Assembly: GCF_013315695.1 (NCBI RefSeq)
Contig: NZ_CP054353.1
Direction: 5' to 3' (one strand)
DNA length: 64,000 bases
Source of the DNA: Escherichia coli
GTDB taxonomy: Bacteria > Pseudomonadota > Gammaproteobacteria > Enterobacterales > Enterobacteriaceae
The first letter of the stretch is position 1. Every line of letters begins with the position of its first letter. The notes beneath the pieces are model-generated. The model had not been told where the DNA came from, made no database searches, and saw nothing but the letters and a program-made list of their open reading frames with translations. Shown in pieces: positions 46,637 to 58,247 of this stretch. Both the position numbers and the translations under genes were made by a program.

Positions 46637-46853
46637 AATCACCTCATTTTTCTCTTAAGTGTAAAAAAATAGCGGCAAAATTTCAGCTGTAAGGTGAGCT
46701 AAAGTGAACCATATCTCAATTCATCTTCATTTTTAGATGTAAATCACTCCATTGATGCAATTTAGCTCATGTGAAAGGCAAATTTTATCGTTTGTCAGCC
46801 TGCGTTGTTTTTTTGTCCAATATCATCAGGTTAATCACAGGGGAAGGTGAGAT

Positions 46854-48191
46854 ATGCACTCTCAAATCTGGGTTGTGAGCACGCTGCTTATCAGCATCGT
46901 GTTAATTGTACTGACCATCGTGAAGTTCAAATTCCACCCGTTTCTGGCGCTGTTGCTGGCCAGCTTCTTCGTGGGAACGATGATGGGTATGGGACCACTG
47001 GATATGGTAAATGCTATTGAAAGTGGAATTGGCGGAACGCTGGGGTTCCTTGCTGCGGTTATCGGCCTGGGCACGATACTGGGAAAAATGATGGAAGTAT
47101 CCGGGGCCGCAGAAAGAATTGGTCTGACACTTCAACGCTGTCGCTGGCTTTCAGCTGATGTCATTATGGTGCTGGTTGGCCTGATTTGCGGCATCACGCT
47201 GTTTGTTGAAGTGGGCGTCGTGCTATTGATTCCTCTGGCTTTTTCAATTGCCAAAAAAACCAATACCTCATTGTTAAAGCTGGCCATTCCGCTATGTACC
47301 GCATTGATGGCAGTGCACTGCGTGGTTCCCCCACATCCGGCTGCTTTATATGTTGCCAATAAGCTTGGCGCAGATATCGGTTCGGTGATCGTCTACGGTT
47401 TGCTGGTTGGGCTGATGGCATCACTGATCGGTGGCCCACTTTTCCTTAAATTTCTGGGTCAACGACTGCCCTTTAAACCTGTACCCACAGAGTTTGCCGA
47501 TCTCAAAGTTCGCGATGAAAAAACACTACCGTCATTAGGCGCAACGTTATTCACCATACTGCTACCCATTGCGCTGATGTTGGTTAAAACGATTGCCGAA
47601 TTGAATATGGCGCGTGAGAGTGGTTTGTATACCTTGCTTGAGTTTATTGGCAACCCTATTACTGCCATGTTTATCGCCGTGTTTGTCGCCTATTATGTGT
47701 TGGGTATACGCCAGCATATGAGCATGGGGACAATGCTCACACATACGGAAAATGGCTTCGGTTCTATTGCTAATATTTTGCTGATTATCGGGGCCGGAGG
47801 CGCATTCAACGCCATTTTAAAAAGCAGCAGTCTCGCTGATACGCTGGCAGTTATTCTCTCCAATATGCATATGCACCCGATTCTTCTGGCCTGGTTGGTG
47901 GCACTTATTCTGCATGCTGCAGTGGGCTCCGCTACGGTGGCAATGATGGGGGCAACGGCAATTGTTGCACCCATGCTGCCGCTGTATCCCGACATCAGCC
48001 CGGAAATTATTGCGATTGCTATCGGTTCAGGTGCGATTGGCTGCACGATCGTTACGGACTCGCTTTTCTGGCTGGTGAAGCAATATTGCGGCGCTACGCT
48101 CAATGAAACATTTAAATACTATACGACAGCGACATTTATCGCTTCAGTCATCGCTCTGGCGGGCACATTCCTGCTGTCATTTATCATCTAA
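46854..48191 (+). CDS. dsdX: D-serine transporter (GntP family)
   Basis: 445-aa polytopic membrane ORF between dsdC and dsdA. Confidence 0.93.
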   Translation: MHSQIWVVSTLLISIVLIVLTIVKFKFHPFLALLLASFFVGTMMGMGPLDMVNAIESGIGGTLGFLAAVIGLGTILGKMMEVSGAAERIGLTLQRCRWLSADVIMVLVGLICGITLFVEVGVVLLIPLAFSIAKKTNTSLLKLAIPLCTALMAVHCVVPPHPAALYVANKLGADIGSVIVYGLLVGLMASLIGGPLFLKFLGQRLPFKPVPTEFADLKVRDEKTLPSLGATLFTILLPIALMLVKTIAELNMARESGLYTLLEFIGNPITAMFIAVFVAYYVLGIRQHMSMGTMLTHTENGFGSIANILLIIGAGGAFNAILKSSSLADTLAVILSNMHMHPILLAWLVALILHAAVGSATVAMMGATAIVAPMLPLYPDISPEIIAIAIGSGAIGCTIVTDSLFWLVKQYCGATLNETFKYYTTATFIASVIALAGTFLLSFII

Positions 48192-48208
48192 GCGCAAAGA
48201 GACGTACT

Positions 48209-49537
48209 ATGGAAAACGCTAAAATGAACTCGCTCATCGCCCAGTATCCGTTGGTCAAGGATCTGGTTGCTCTTAAAGAAACCACCTGGTTTAATCCTGG
48301 CACGACCTCATTGGCTGAAGGTTTACCTTATGTTGGCCTGACCGAACAGGATGTTCAGGACGCCCATGCGCGCCTGTCTCGTTTTGCACCCTATCTGGCA
48401 AAAGCATTTCCTGAAACTGCTGCTACTGGGGGGATTATTGAATCAGAACTGGTTGCCATTCCGGCTATGCAAAAACGGCTGGAAAAGGAATATCAACAAC
48501 CGATCAGCGGGCAACTGCTACTGAAAAAAGATAGCCATTTGCCCATTTCCGGCTCCATAAAAGCACGCGGCGGGATTTATGAAGTCCTGGCACATGCAGA
48601 AAAACTGGCTCTGGAAGCGGGGTTGCTGACGCTTGAAGATGACTACAGCAAACTGCTTTCCCCGGAGTTTAAACAGTTCTTTAGTCAATACAGCATTGCT
48701 GTGGGCTCAACCGGAAATCTGGGGTTATCAATCGGCATTATGAGCGCCCGCATTGGCTTTAAGGTGACAGTGCATATGTCTGCTGATGCCCGGGCATGGA
48801 AAAAAGCGAAACTGCGCAGCCATGGCGTTACGGTCGTGGAATATGAGCAAGATTATGGTGTTGCCGTCGAGGAAGGACGTAAAGCAGCGCAGTCTGACCC
48901 GAACTGTTTCTTTATTGATGACGAGAATTCCCGCACGTTGTTCCTTGGGTATTCCGTCGCTGGCCAGCGTCTTAAAGCGCAATTTGCCGAGCAAGGTCGT
49001 ATTGTCGATGCTGATAACCCTCTGTTTGTCTATCTGCCGTGTGGTGTTGGCGGTGGTCCTGGTGGCGTCGCATTCGGACTTAAACTGGCGTTTGGCGATC
49101 ATGTTCACTGCTTTTTTGCCGAACCAACGCACTCCCCTTGTATGTTGTTAGGCGTCCATACAGGATTACACGATCAGATTTCTGTTCAGGATATTGGTAT
49201 CGACAACCTTACCGCAGCGGATGGCCTTGCAGTTGGTCGCGCATCAGGCTTTGTCGGGCGGGCGATGGAGCGTCTGCTGGATGGCTTCTATACCCTTAGC
49301 GATCAAACCATGTATGACATGCTTGGCTGGCTGGCGCAGGAAGAAGGTATTCGTCTTGAACCTTCGGCACTGGCGGGTATGGCCGGGCCTCAGCGCGTGT
49401 GCGCATCAGTAAGTTACCAACAGATGCACGGTTTCAGCGCAGAACAACTGCGTAATGCCACTCATCTGGTGTGGGCGACGGGAGGTGGAATGGTGCCGGA
49501 AGAAGAGATGAATCAATATCTGGCAAAAGGCCGTTAA
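48209..49537 (+). CDS. dsdA: D-serine dehydratase
   Basis: 442-aa ORF with PLP-lysine motif SGSIKARGG. Confidence 0.95.
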   Translation: MENAKMNSLIAQYPLVKDLVALKETTWFNPGTTSLAEGLPYVGLTEQDVQDAHARLSRFAPYLAKAFPETAATGGIIESELVAIPAMQKRLEKEYQQPISGQLLLKKDSHLPISGSIKARGGIYEVLAHAEKLALEAGLLTLEDDYSKLLSPEFKQFFSQYSIAVGSTGNLGLSIGIMSARIGFKVTVHMSADARAWKKAKLRSHGVTVVEYEQDYGVAVEEGRKAAQSDPNCFFIDDENSRTLFLGYSVAGQRLKAQFAEQGRIVDADNPLFVYLPCGVGGGPGGVAFGLKLAFGDHVHCFFAEPTHSPCMLLGVHTGLHDQISVQDIGIDNLTAADGLAVGRASGFVGRAMERLLDGFYTLSDQTMYDMLGWLAQEEGIRLEPSALAGMAGPQRVCASVSYQQMHGFSAEQLRNATHLVWATGGGMVPEEEMNQYLAKGR

Positions 49538-49644
49538 TAACGTTTCAACGCAGCATCGCCATCCTTTCCCTGGGTGAGCGATGCTGCCGATGACGCAGAC
49601 TTAAGATTCTGCCGTTTTACCTGCTATAGTCTCCTCTTTTTCCA

Positions 49645-51183
49645 TCACCCAACGCCTTTCGCTGTAAACGGCGCTTTCGCAAACCAAACCAAAACCGTAA
49701 GTAAGATAAAAGCAATAGCAGCCATACGGAAAATCTCATTTGCAGAAATAGAAAGTGACTGCTGGGTTATTTCATTATTAATTTCATTAAGAACTCCTGA
49801 AAGCGAACCATAGTATTTATCCATAATTTGTGACGATGAATTAAACACGGGGTTAAATTGATCGATGGTTGCTGTCAACTGACTATGGTGTAACGATTCG
49901 CGTCGTCCCCACAGCGTCATTGTCAACGACGTACCAACTGATCCTGACAAGGTACGAAAAAAATTACTCATACTCGAGGCATTGGCAAATTTATTATCTG
50001 GCAACCCTGAAAACGAAATCGTTGTTAAGGGTAAAAAGAAACAGGCAACGGCGAATCCCTGGAAAAACTGTGGCAAAATGATGCCTGTAAAATCAATCGT
50101 TGGCATAAATGTCACAGAACGCCAGTAATAGCAAACCGCATACATCAAAAAACTAAATGTCACTAACAACCGCATGTCTATTTTGTTGCCATAACGTCCT
50201 ATCAAAGGTGAAATTAATAGTGGCATGATGCCGATGGGCGCATAAGCAAGTCCGGCCCATATCGCATTATACCCCATCGTTTCCTGGAGTAACTGCGGCA
50301 TAAGGACGATCGCTCCAGAGTAAAATAAATACGCGCATGTGATACTCACAATACCAATGGTGAAATTACGGGACTTAAACAAACTGAGATCAAGAATCGG
50401 GTTCTCTGAGGTCGACTCCCAAATGACTAAAGAGATCAGAGAAATAACTGATACTACTGTTAGTATTATTATTGTACTCGAGTTGAACCAATCCAGATCG
50501 CGCCCTTTATCAAGCATAATTTGCAAGCCACCAACACCGAGCACTAACAGGGTCAGTCCTGGTAGATTCATTTTGACCGGTGAAGTCTCAGTTTCTCTTC
50601 CTTTAAGTAAGGTTAAGCATAATGTCAGGACGATAATCCCCATAGGGACATTGATTAAAAATATCCAACCCCAGCTAAAGTTATCACAAATATAACCGCC
50701 CAATATCGGCCCACATATCGGCGCGATAATCACGGTCATAGACCATAATGCCAGAGCAAATGTTCTTTTTTCTGGTGGATAATTCCTTAATAATAAACTC
50801 TGTGACAGTGGAATTAACGGCCCCGCCATTAATCCCTGAACGACTCTAAAAAATATCAGCACATCAAGATTGGTCGATAAACTACACATTAAGGAAGACA
50901 GCGAAAAAAAAGTGACTGAAAGTAAAAATAACCTTAATTCGCCTATTCTTTGTGCCAGCCTGCCGGTAACAGGGATCGCAATGGCATTTGCTACGCCAAA
51001 CGAAGTGATAACCCAGGTGCCTTCGTCTGTTGATGCTCCCAGAAAGCCAGATATTGTCGGTATTGCGACGTTAGAAATAGTGGAATCCAACATTTGCATA
51101 AACGTCGCTAATGACAATGCAATAGTAACGCACCATAACGTCCCACCGGTTAATGGTGCCGGAGTTGATTTAGTGATTGCCAT
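49645..51183 (-). CDS. emrY: multidrug efflux MFS transporter EmrY
   Basis: 512-aa 14-TM-type MFS ORF, downstream of emrK with 1-bp overlap. Confidence 0.93.
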   Translation of the reverse strand: MAITKSTPAPLTGGTLWCVTIALSLATFMQMLDSTISNVAIPTISGFLGASTDEGTWVITSFGVANAIAIPVTGRLAQRIGELRLFLLSVTFFSLSSLMCSLSTNLDVLIFFRVVQGLMAGPLIPLSQSLLLRNYPPEKRTFALALWSMTVIIAPICGPILGGYICDNFSWGWIFLINVPMGIIVLTLCLTLLKGRETETSPVKMNLPGLTLLVLGVGGLQIMLDKGRDLDWFNSSTIIILTVVSVISLISLVIWESTSENPILDLSLFKSRNFTIGIVSITCAYLFYSGAIVLMPQLLQETMGYNAIWAGLAYAPIGIMPLLISPLIGRYGNKIDMRLLVTFSFLMYAVCYYWRSVTFMPTIDFTGIILPQFFQGFAVACFFLPLTTISFSGLPDNKFANASSMSNFFRTLSGSVGTSLTMTLWGRRESLHHSQLTATIDQFNPVFNSSSQIMDKYYGSLSGVLNEINNEITQQSLSISANEIFRMAAIAFILLTVLVWFAKAPFTAKGVG

Positions 51184-52346
51184 TAAAGTTGTCCATTATG
51201 CGAAATAATGTTGTTAATCTCTTTTTCTATCGGACTGGTATCGATAATTAAAGCCTTACTGGTATAAGCAGGCATGGACGTCACGGTTGAAGCCAGATCG
51301 GGCATATCGGCAATGTCTTCGTTCCTGGTATCAATAGTTGCAGTCATCGATAAACCAATGCGCAAGGGATGTTCCATGAGTTCTTTTGGATCAAGAGAAA
51401 CCTCAACCGGTACACGCTGAACGATTTTGATCCAATTCCCTGTCGCATTTTGTGCAGGTAATAAGGAGAACGCATTGCCGGTTCCCATATTGATCCCTGT
51501 CACCCGACCATGAAACACAACATTTTCACCATAAAGATCGCTAATAATATTGACCGATTGACCAATCCGCACATCCGTGAGTTGTGTTTCTTTAAAGTTG
51601 GCATTAACCCACATTTGACGTGCCGGTACGACAGCCATTAACGATTGTCCGGGACTCACTGTTTCGCCGACCTGAACGCTTCTCTGAGCAATATAGCCGG
51701 TAACAGGACTCTTAATATCCGTACGTTTAAGCGCTAACCAGGCTTCTTTGGTTGCATCCGCCGCTTCAACGACTTGTGGCTGACGGTTTAATGGTGTGTT
51801 CATTACTAAAGCTTTATTCGCTTTATAAGCCTGAATAGCAGCATTCAATGCCGCTTTGCTACTTATTAACGTATCTTTGGTATGCTCCAGCGTTTCTTTT
51901 GAAATAACCCCCTGCTTCGCTAAAGGTACACGACGGTTATAATCTTCTAAAGATTGTTGATACTGAATACGAGCTGAAGCGACTTCGGCACTGTATTGTT
52001 TATCCTGTAAGTACAGTTTATTCGTTTGCCGAACAATATTGGCCAGATTATTTTTAGCTTTATTGAGTGCGATAGTGGCATCAGTCTTATCCAGTGAGAC
52101 TAAAATGTCACCCTGTCGAACGTAGTTCGTATCTTTATGATTAACGACAGTGACGCTGCCTGAAACTTGTGCAGAAATTGGATCTGCATTCCCCGTGACA
52201 TAGGCATCATCTGTACTAATCATGTCTTCTAATTCCATTGACCAATAGGCATAGGCACCTGAAAACGCAATAAATAAAACTACCGCTAACAAAGCAAAAT
52301 ATTTTTTTCTGTCAGAATGTTTTTTATTTGAATTAATCTGTTCCAC
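51183..52346 (-). CDS. emrK: multidrug efflux membrane fusion protein EmrK
   Basis: 387-aa ORF with single N-terminal TM segment and coiled-coil/HlyD-like body; divergent from evgA. Confidence 0.92.
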   Translation of the reverse strand: MEQINSNKKHSDRKKYFALLAVVLFIAFSGAYAYWSMELEDMISTDDAYVTGNADPISAQVSGSVTVVNHKDTNYVRQGDILVSLDKTDATIALNKAKNNLANIVRQTNKLYLQDKQYSAEVASARIQYQQSLEDYNRRVPLAKQGVISKETLEHTKDTLISSKAALNAAIQAYKANKALVMNTPLNRQPQVVEAADATKEAWLALKRTDIKSPVTGYIAQRSVQVGETVSPGQSLMAVVPARQMWVNANFKETQLTDVRIGQSVNIISDLYGENVVFHGRVTGINMGTGNAFSLLPAQNATGNWIKIVQRVPVEVSLDPKELMEHPLRIGLSMTATIDTRNEDIADMPDLASTVTSMPAYTSKALIIDTSPIEKEINNIISHNGQL

Positions 52347-52519
52347 TTTTATCTCTCATTTCGCATAGATGAAATTTATGAATTGAATGAAAAGAGTATT
52401 CATTCTTCATATCAAACACAGTGCATGTGTTGCACATTATCCCAGGAACGTTGGAGGCCTAATTTAAATGAGGTGCAAAAAAAACAACAGAGGACTAAAC
52501 CGTGGCTTTTGCAATACAA

Positions 52520-52537
52520 TTCTTACGCCTGTAGGAT
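52520..52537. promoter_or_regulatory. EvgA box in emrK-evgA divergent promoter region
   Basis: TTCTTACGCCTGTAGGAT matches the EvgA inverted repeat consensus TTCYTACA-N2-TGTARGAA at 16 of 18 positions. Confidence 0.65.
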
Positions 52538-52760
52538 TAGTGAGAAGACTTATAGTGCTAATGTGAAACTATAAATCATCGGTATCATCCCTGATTTTAT
52601 TGTTGACATTTTATTTATGCCGACTATTTATATGGTATACTTGTCGAATTATCTTAAAGGAAGCTCAAATTTTCTTATTTTTTTGAGAAAATGAGATGAT
52701 GCCTTATGTCTGTATTACTACAGGGAGAAGGGAAATGCTTCATTGCAAAGGGAATAATCT

Positions 52761-53375
52761 ATGAACGCAATAATTATTGATGACCATCCTCTTGCTATCG
52801 CAGCAATTCGTAATTTATTGATCAAAAACGATATTGAAATCTTAGCAGAGTTGACTGAAGGCGGAGGCGCCGTTCAGCGGGTGGAAACACTTAAGCCTGA
52901 TATCGTCATCATTGATGTCGATATCCCCGGAGTTAACGGTATCCAGGTGTTAGAAACGCTGAGAAAGCGCCAATATAGCGGAATTATTATTATTGTCTCC
53001 GCTAAAAATGACCATTTTTACGGGAAACATTGTGCTGATGCTGGCGCTAATGGTTTCGTGAGTAAAAAAGAAGGCATGAACAATATCATTGCGGCTATTG
53101 AAGCTGCAAAAAATGGCTACTGCTATTTCCCCTTCTCTCTCAACCGGTTTGTTGGAAGTTTAACGTCCGACCAGCAAAAACTCGACTCCTTATCGAAACA
53201 AGAAATTAGTGTCATGCGGTATATTCTTGATGGCAAGGATAATAATGACATTGCTGAAAAAATGTTCATCAGCAACAAAACTGTCAGCACTTATAAAAGT
53301 CGCTTGATGGAAAAATTAGAATGCAAATCACTGATGGATCTTTACACATTCGCACAACGTAACAAAATCGGCTAA
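52761..53375 (+). CDS. evgA: response regulator EvgA (NarL/FixJ family)
   Basis: 204-aa ORF with receiver domain (DDHP, IIDVDIPG) and LuxR-type HTH. Confidence 0.95.
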   Translation: MNAIIIDDHPLAIAAIRNLLIKNDIEILAELTEGGGAVQRVETLKPDIVIIDVDIPGVNGIQVLETLRKRQYSGIIIIVSAKNDHFYGKHCADAGANGFVSKKEGMNNIIAAIEAAKNGYCYFPFSLNRFVGSLTSDQQKLDSLSKQEISVMRYILDGKDNNDIAEKMFISNKTVSTYKSRLMEKLECKSLMDLYTFAQRNKIG

Positions 53376-53379
53376 CCAC

Positions 53380-56300
53380 ATGAAGTTTTTACCCTATATT
53401 TTTCTTCTCTGTTGTGGTCTTTGGTCGACCATAAGTTTCGCAGACGGAGATTACATCGAATATCGTGGCATCAGTAGTAACAACCGTGTCACACTTGATC
53501 CACTACGTCTGAGCAACAAGGAATTACGTTGGCTCGCGAGCAAAAAAAATCTTGTGATTGCAGTACACAAGTCCCAAACAGCTACGTTGTTGCATACCGA
53601 TTCGCAGCAACGGATTCGTGGTATTAATGCTGATTATTTAAATCTTTTAAAAAGAGCGTTAAATATCAAATTAACACTCCGGGAATACGCAGATCATCAA
53701 AAAGCAATGGACGCGCTGGAAGACGGTGAAGTTGATATAGTGTTATCACATTTAGTTGCTTCGCCGCCTCTTAATGATGACATTGCTGCAACTAATCCTC
53801 TGATAATTACCTTTCCTGCGTTGGTCACTACCCTTCACGATTCAATGCGACCGCTTACCTCATCAAAACCAGTAAATATTGCTCGAGTAGCAAATTATCC
53901 TCCAGACGAGGTAATTCATCAATCATTTCCAAAAGCAACAATTATCTCTTTTACAAATTTATATCAGGCATTAGCATCCGTCTCAGCCGGACAGAATGAT
54001 TACTTTATTGGTAGTAACATCATTACCAGCAGTATGATTTCCCGTTATTTTACTCACTCCTTAAATGTAGTGAAGTATTATAACTCACCGCGTCAATATA
54101 ACTTTTTATTAACCAGAAAAGATTCAATCGTTCTTAATGAAGTACTCAATCGATTTGTTGATGCTTTAACAAATGAAGTTCGCTATGAAGTATCACAAAA
54201 TTGGCTTGATACAGGAAACCTGGCCTTTCTGAACAAACCATTAGAACTCACTGAACATGAAAAACAGTGGATTAAGCAGCATCCCGATTTAAAGGTGCTG
54301 GAAAATCCTTACTCGCCACCCTATTCTATGACAGATGAAACTGGCTCAGTTCGGGGCGTGATGGGTGATATTCTTAATATTATTACCTTGCAAACAGGTT
54401 TAAATTTTTCTCCGATCACCGTTTCACACAATATTCATGCTGGGACACAGCTTAACCCCGGTGGATGGGATATATTGCCCGCCGCTATTTATAGTGAAGA
54501 TCGAGAAAATAATGTTTCATTTGCTGAAGCCTTCATAACAACGCCTTACGTTTTTGTCATGCAAAAAGCGCCTGACAGTGAACAAACATTAAAAAAAGGA
54601 ATGAAAGTTGCCATTCCATATTATTATGAGCTTCATTCGCAATTAAAAGAGATGTATCCGGAGGTAGAGTGGATAAAAGTCGATAACGCCAGCGCTGCAT
54701 TTCACAAGGTCAAGGAAGGTGAACTTGATGCTCTGGTCGCGACACAGTTAAATTCGCGTTACATGATCGACCATTACTATCCTAATGAACTTTATCATTT
54801 TCTTATTCCCGGCGTTCAGAATGCATCACTTTCGTTCGCTTTTCCTCGCGGAGAACCGGAACTTAAGGATATTATTAATAAAGCACTGAATGCAATTCCC
54901 CCAAGCGAAGTTCTGCGCCTGACGGAAAAATGGATTAAAATGCCCAATGTGACCATTGACACATGGGACCTCTATAGCGAGCAATTTTATATTGTCACGA
55001 CATTATCCGTTTTATTAGTTGGCAGTAGCCTTTTATGGGGATTCTACCTGTTACGCTCAGTTCGTCGTCGTAAAGTCATTCAGGGTGATTTAGAAAACCA
55101 AATATCATTCCGAAAAGCACTCTCGGATTCCTTACCGAATCCAACTTATGTTGTAAACTGGCAAGGTAATGTCATTAGTCATAATAGTGCTTTTGAACAT
55201 TATTTCACTGCGGATTACTACAAAAATGCAATGTTACCATTAGAAAACAGTGACTCACCCTTTAAAGATGTTTTTTCTAATGCGCATGAAGTCACAGCAG
55301 AAACGAAAGAAAATCGAACAATATACACACAGGTATTTGAAATTGATAATGGCATCGAGAAAAGATGCATTAATCACTGGCATACATTATGCAATCTGCC
55401 AGCAAGCGAACATGCTGTTTATATTTGTGGTTGGCAAGATATTACCGAGACGCGTGATTTAATTCATGCACTCGAAGTAGAGAGAAATAAAGCGATCAAT
55501 GCAACTGTCGCAAAAAGTCAGTTTCTGGCAACAATGAGTCACGAAATAAGAACACCAATAAGCTCCATTATGGGCTTCCTGGAACTTCTGTCGGGTTCTG
55601 GTCTTAGCAAGGAGCAACGGGTGGAGGCGATTTCACTTGCCTACGCCACCGGACAATCACTCCTCGGCTTAATTGGTGAAATCCTTGATGTCGACAAAAT
55701 TGAGTCGGGTAACTATCAACTTCAACCACAATGGGTCGATATCCCTACTTTAGTCCAGAACACTTGTCACTCTTTCGGTGCGATTGCTGCAAGCAAATCC
55801 ATCGCATTAAGTTGCAGCAGTACGTTTCCAGAACATTACCAGGTTAAGATCGACCCTCAGGCGTTTAAGCAGGTCTTATCTAATTTACTGAGCAATGCTC
55901 TTAAATTTACTACCGAGGGGGCAGTAAAAATTACGACCTCCCTGGGTCACATTGATGACAACCACGCTGTTATCAAAATGACGATTATGGATTCTGGAAG
56001 TGGATTATCGCAGGAAGAACAACAACAACTGTTTAAACGCTATAGCCAAACAAGTACAGGTCGTCAGCAAACAGGTTCTGGTTTAGGCTTAATGATCTGC
56101 AAAGAATTAATTAAAAACATGCAGGGTGATTTGTCATTAGAAAGTCATCCAGGCATAGGAACAACATTTACGATCACAATCCCGGTAGAAATTACCCAAC
56201 AAGTGGCGGCTATCGAGACAAAAGCAGAACAACCTATCACACTACCTGAAAAGTTGAGCATATTAATCGCGGATGATCATCCGACCAACAGGCTATTACT

Positions 56301-56973
56301 CAAACGCCAGCTAAATCTATTAGGATATGATGTTGATGAAGCCACTGATGGTGTGCAAGCGCTACACAAAATCAGTATGCAACATTATGATCTGCTTATT
56401 ACTGACGTTAATATGCCGAATATGGATGGTTTTGAGTTGACTCGCAAACTCCGTGAGCAAAATTCTTCCTTACCCATCTGGGGGCTTACAGCCAACGCAC
56501 AGGCTAACGAACGTGAAAAAGGGTTAAATTGCGGCATGAACTTATGTTTGTTCAAACCGTTGACTCTGGATGTACTGAAAACACATTTAAGTCAGTTACA
56601 CCAGGTTGCGCATATTGCAACTCAGTATCGCCACCTTGATATCGAGGCCCTGAAGAATAATACGGCGAATGATCTACAACTGATGCAGGAGATTCTCATG
56701 ACTTTCCAGCATGAAACGCATAAAGATCTACCCGCTGCGTTTCATGCACTAGAAGCTGGCGATAACAGAACTTTCCATCAGTGTATTCATCGCATCCACG
56801 GTGCGGCTAACATCCTGAATTTGCAAAAGTTGATTAATATTAGCCACCAGTTAGAAATAACACCTGTTTCAGATGACAGTAAGCCTGAAATTCTTCAGTT
56901 GCTGAACTCTGTAAAAGAACACATTGCAGAGCTGGACCAGGAGATTACTGCTTTCTGTCAGCAAAATGACTAA
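53380..56973 (+). CDS. evgS: hybrid sensor histidine kinase EvgS
   Basis: 1197-aa ORF: signal peptide, two periplasmic binding-protein-like domains, TM segment, H-box SHEIRTP, receiver domain, HPt domain. Confidence 0.95.
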   Translation: MKFLPYIFLLCCGLWSTISFADGDYIEYRGISSNNRVTLDPLRLSNKELRWLASKKNLVIAVHKSQTATLLHTDSQQRIRGINADYLNLLKRALNIKLTLREYADHQKAMDALEDGEVDIVLSHLVASPPLNDDIAATNPLIITFPALVTTLHDSMRPLTSSKPVNIARVANYPPDEVIHQSFPKATIISFTNLYQALASVSAGQNDYFIGSNIITSSMISRYFTHSLNVVKYYNSPRQYNFLLTRKDSIVLNEVLNRFVDALTNEVRYEVSQNWLDTGNLAFLNKPLELTEHEKQWIKQHPDLKVLENPYSPPYSMTDETGSVRGVMGDILNIITLQTGLNFSPITVSHNIHAGTQLNPGGWDILPAAIYSEDRENNVSFAEAFITTPYVFVMQKAPDSEQTLKKGMKVAIPYYYELHSQLKEMYPEVEWIKVDNASAAFHKVKEGELDALVATQLNSRYMIDHYYPNELYHFLIPGVQNASLSFAFPRGEPELKDIINKALNAIPPSEVLRLTEKWIKMPNVTIDTWDLYSEQFYIVTTLSVLLVGSSLLWGFYLLRSVRRRKVIQGDLENQISFRKALSDSLPNPTYVVNWQGNVISHNSAFEHYFTADYYKNAMLPLENSDSPFKDVFSNAHEVTAETKENRTIYTQVFEIDNGIEKRCINHWHTLCNLPASEHAVYICGWQDITETRDLIHALEVERNKAINATVAKSQFLATMSHEIRTPISSIMGFLELLSGSGLSKEQRVEAISLAYATGQSLLGLIGEILDVDKIESGNYQLQPQWVDIPTLVQNTCHSFGAIAASKSIALSCSSTFPEHYQVKIDPQAFKQVLSNLLSNALKFTTEGAVKITTSLGHIDDNHAVIKMTIMDSGSGLSQEEQQQLFKRYSQTSTGRQQTGSGLGLMICKELIKNMQGDLSLESHPGIGTTFTITIPVEITQQVAAIETKAEQPITLPEKLSILIADDHPTNRLLLKRQLNLLGYDVDEATDGVQALHKISMQHYDLLITDVNMPNMDGFELTRKLREQNSSLPIWGLTANAQANEREKGLNCGMNLCLFKPLTLDVLKTHLSQLHQVAHIATQYRHLDIEALKNNTANDLQLMQEILMTFQHETHKDLPAAFHALEAGDNRTFHQCIHRIHGAANILNLQKLINISHQLEITPVSDDSKPEILQLLNSVKEHIAELDQEITAFCQQND

Positions 56974-56979
56974 ATAGCG

Positions 56980-57012
56980 GCTCCCACAATGTTCAAATGT
57001 GGGAGCTATTTA
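56980..57012. terminator. bidirectional terminator hairpin between evgS and yfdE
   Basis: 9-bp stem GCTCCCACA-ATGTTCAAA-TGTGGGAGC followed by TATTTA. Confidence 0.55.
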
Positions 57013-57028
57013 CCAGCACATCTTACAT

Positions 57029-58174
57029 TTATGATGAGAACTCCTGGCGAATTTGTTCCCCATGCTGGTCGAGCGTTGCCGCTCCCGGCATAACATGCGG
57101 GTCCGCACAGCCGCTAATTTTTATCGGATTACCCGGCATCATTATTCCCCCGGCTTCAATCAACATATTTCTTGCCTGAGTTTGTGGTAAATTAATGGCC
57201 TCAGCCACACTTAATAACGGCGCGACAGGCACACCAACTTCATGTATTCTGGCTAACCAAACTTCAGCTGCCTGCGTTTTTAACGTCCGCTCAATATATT
57301 GTTTAAGAATAGCCTGGTTTTGTACGCGTAAAATATTGCTGATAAATCGGGGATCATCAACCAGCTCCGTCAGATCCAGTGCCTGACATAACGCAGAAAA
57401 AAGCTTGTCATTACCACAACAAATCGTAATCGGCTTATCCTGAGTATCGAAAACATCAAAAGGTGCCATGTAGGGATGGCGATTTCCCAGACGTTGTGGT
57501 GACTTCCCAGTCGCGATATATGCCATCAGTCCGTGCTCCAGAAAACTCAGAGTGGCATCAAACATCGCTATATCGACATGCGCACCTCTCTGGCTCTTTT
57601 CGCGGCCATAAAGTGCACTCACTATTCCACTGAATAAATAAACACCGCCACATAGATCCGCAAGAGAGGTACCAACGCGCACTGGCGGAGCATCAGGGTA
57701 TCCTGTTTCCATCATTATCCCGCTCATTGCCTGAATGATGGTATCGTAGGCAGGAGCATCTTTTAGCGGACCGGTATGTCCGAAACCTGACGATGAAGCA
57801 TATATAAGGCGCGGGTTGATTTCTTGTAACCTTTCCCATGAAAACCCGAGTTTTTCCATTGTACCTGGGCGAAAATTCTCAGCTAATACATCAGCTTGTT
57901 TAAGCATATTTATAAATATACTTTTATCGTGATCATTCTTTAAATTAAGAACCACACTCTCTTTGCCATGATTAATAAAACTGTAATAGAGTGACTGTCC
58001 ATCCACATAGGGACCAAATGTGCGGGTATCATCACCATGGCCCGGCGGCTCAACTTTAATTACCCTTGCTCCCATATTACAAAGAAGTTGAGTTCCGAAA
58101 GGTCCATTAAGGACATGTGTCATATCGATAACTAATAAGCCTTCAAACGGCCCTTTGCTTTCATTATTTGTCAT
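57029..58174 (-). CDS. yfdE: acetyl-CoA:oxalate CoA-transferase (family III CoA transferase)
   Basis: Start placed at the ATG giving MTNNESKGPFEGLLVIDMTHVLNGPFG (381 aa); paralog of frc. Confidence 0.9.
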   Translation of the reverse strand: MTNNESKGPFEGLLVIDMTHVLNGPFGTQLLCNMGARVIKVEPPGHGDDTRTFGPYVDGQSLYYSFINHGKESVVLNLKNDHDKSIFINMLKQADVLAENFRPGTMEKLGFSWERLQEINPRLIYASSSGFGHTGPLKDAPAYDTIIQAMSGIMMETGYPDAPPVRVGTSLADLCGGVYLFSGIVSALYGREKSQRGAHVDIAMFDATLSFLEHGLMAYIATGKSPQRLGNRHPYMAPFDVFDTQDKPITICCGNDKLFSALCQALDLTELVDDPRFISNILRVQNQAILKQYIERTLKTQAAEVWLARIHEVGVPVAPLLSVAEAINLPQTQARNMLIEAGGIMMPGNPIKISGCADPHVMPGAATLDQHGEQIRQEFSS

Positions 58175-58247
58175 TTGCTTATGCCTTGAAAAAAGCCGAA
58201 GGTGAAAAGACACTTCGGCATTTATGTAAAATCAATAACATGATTAA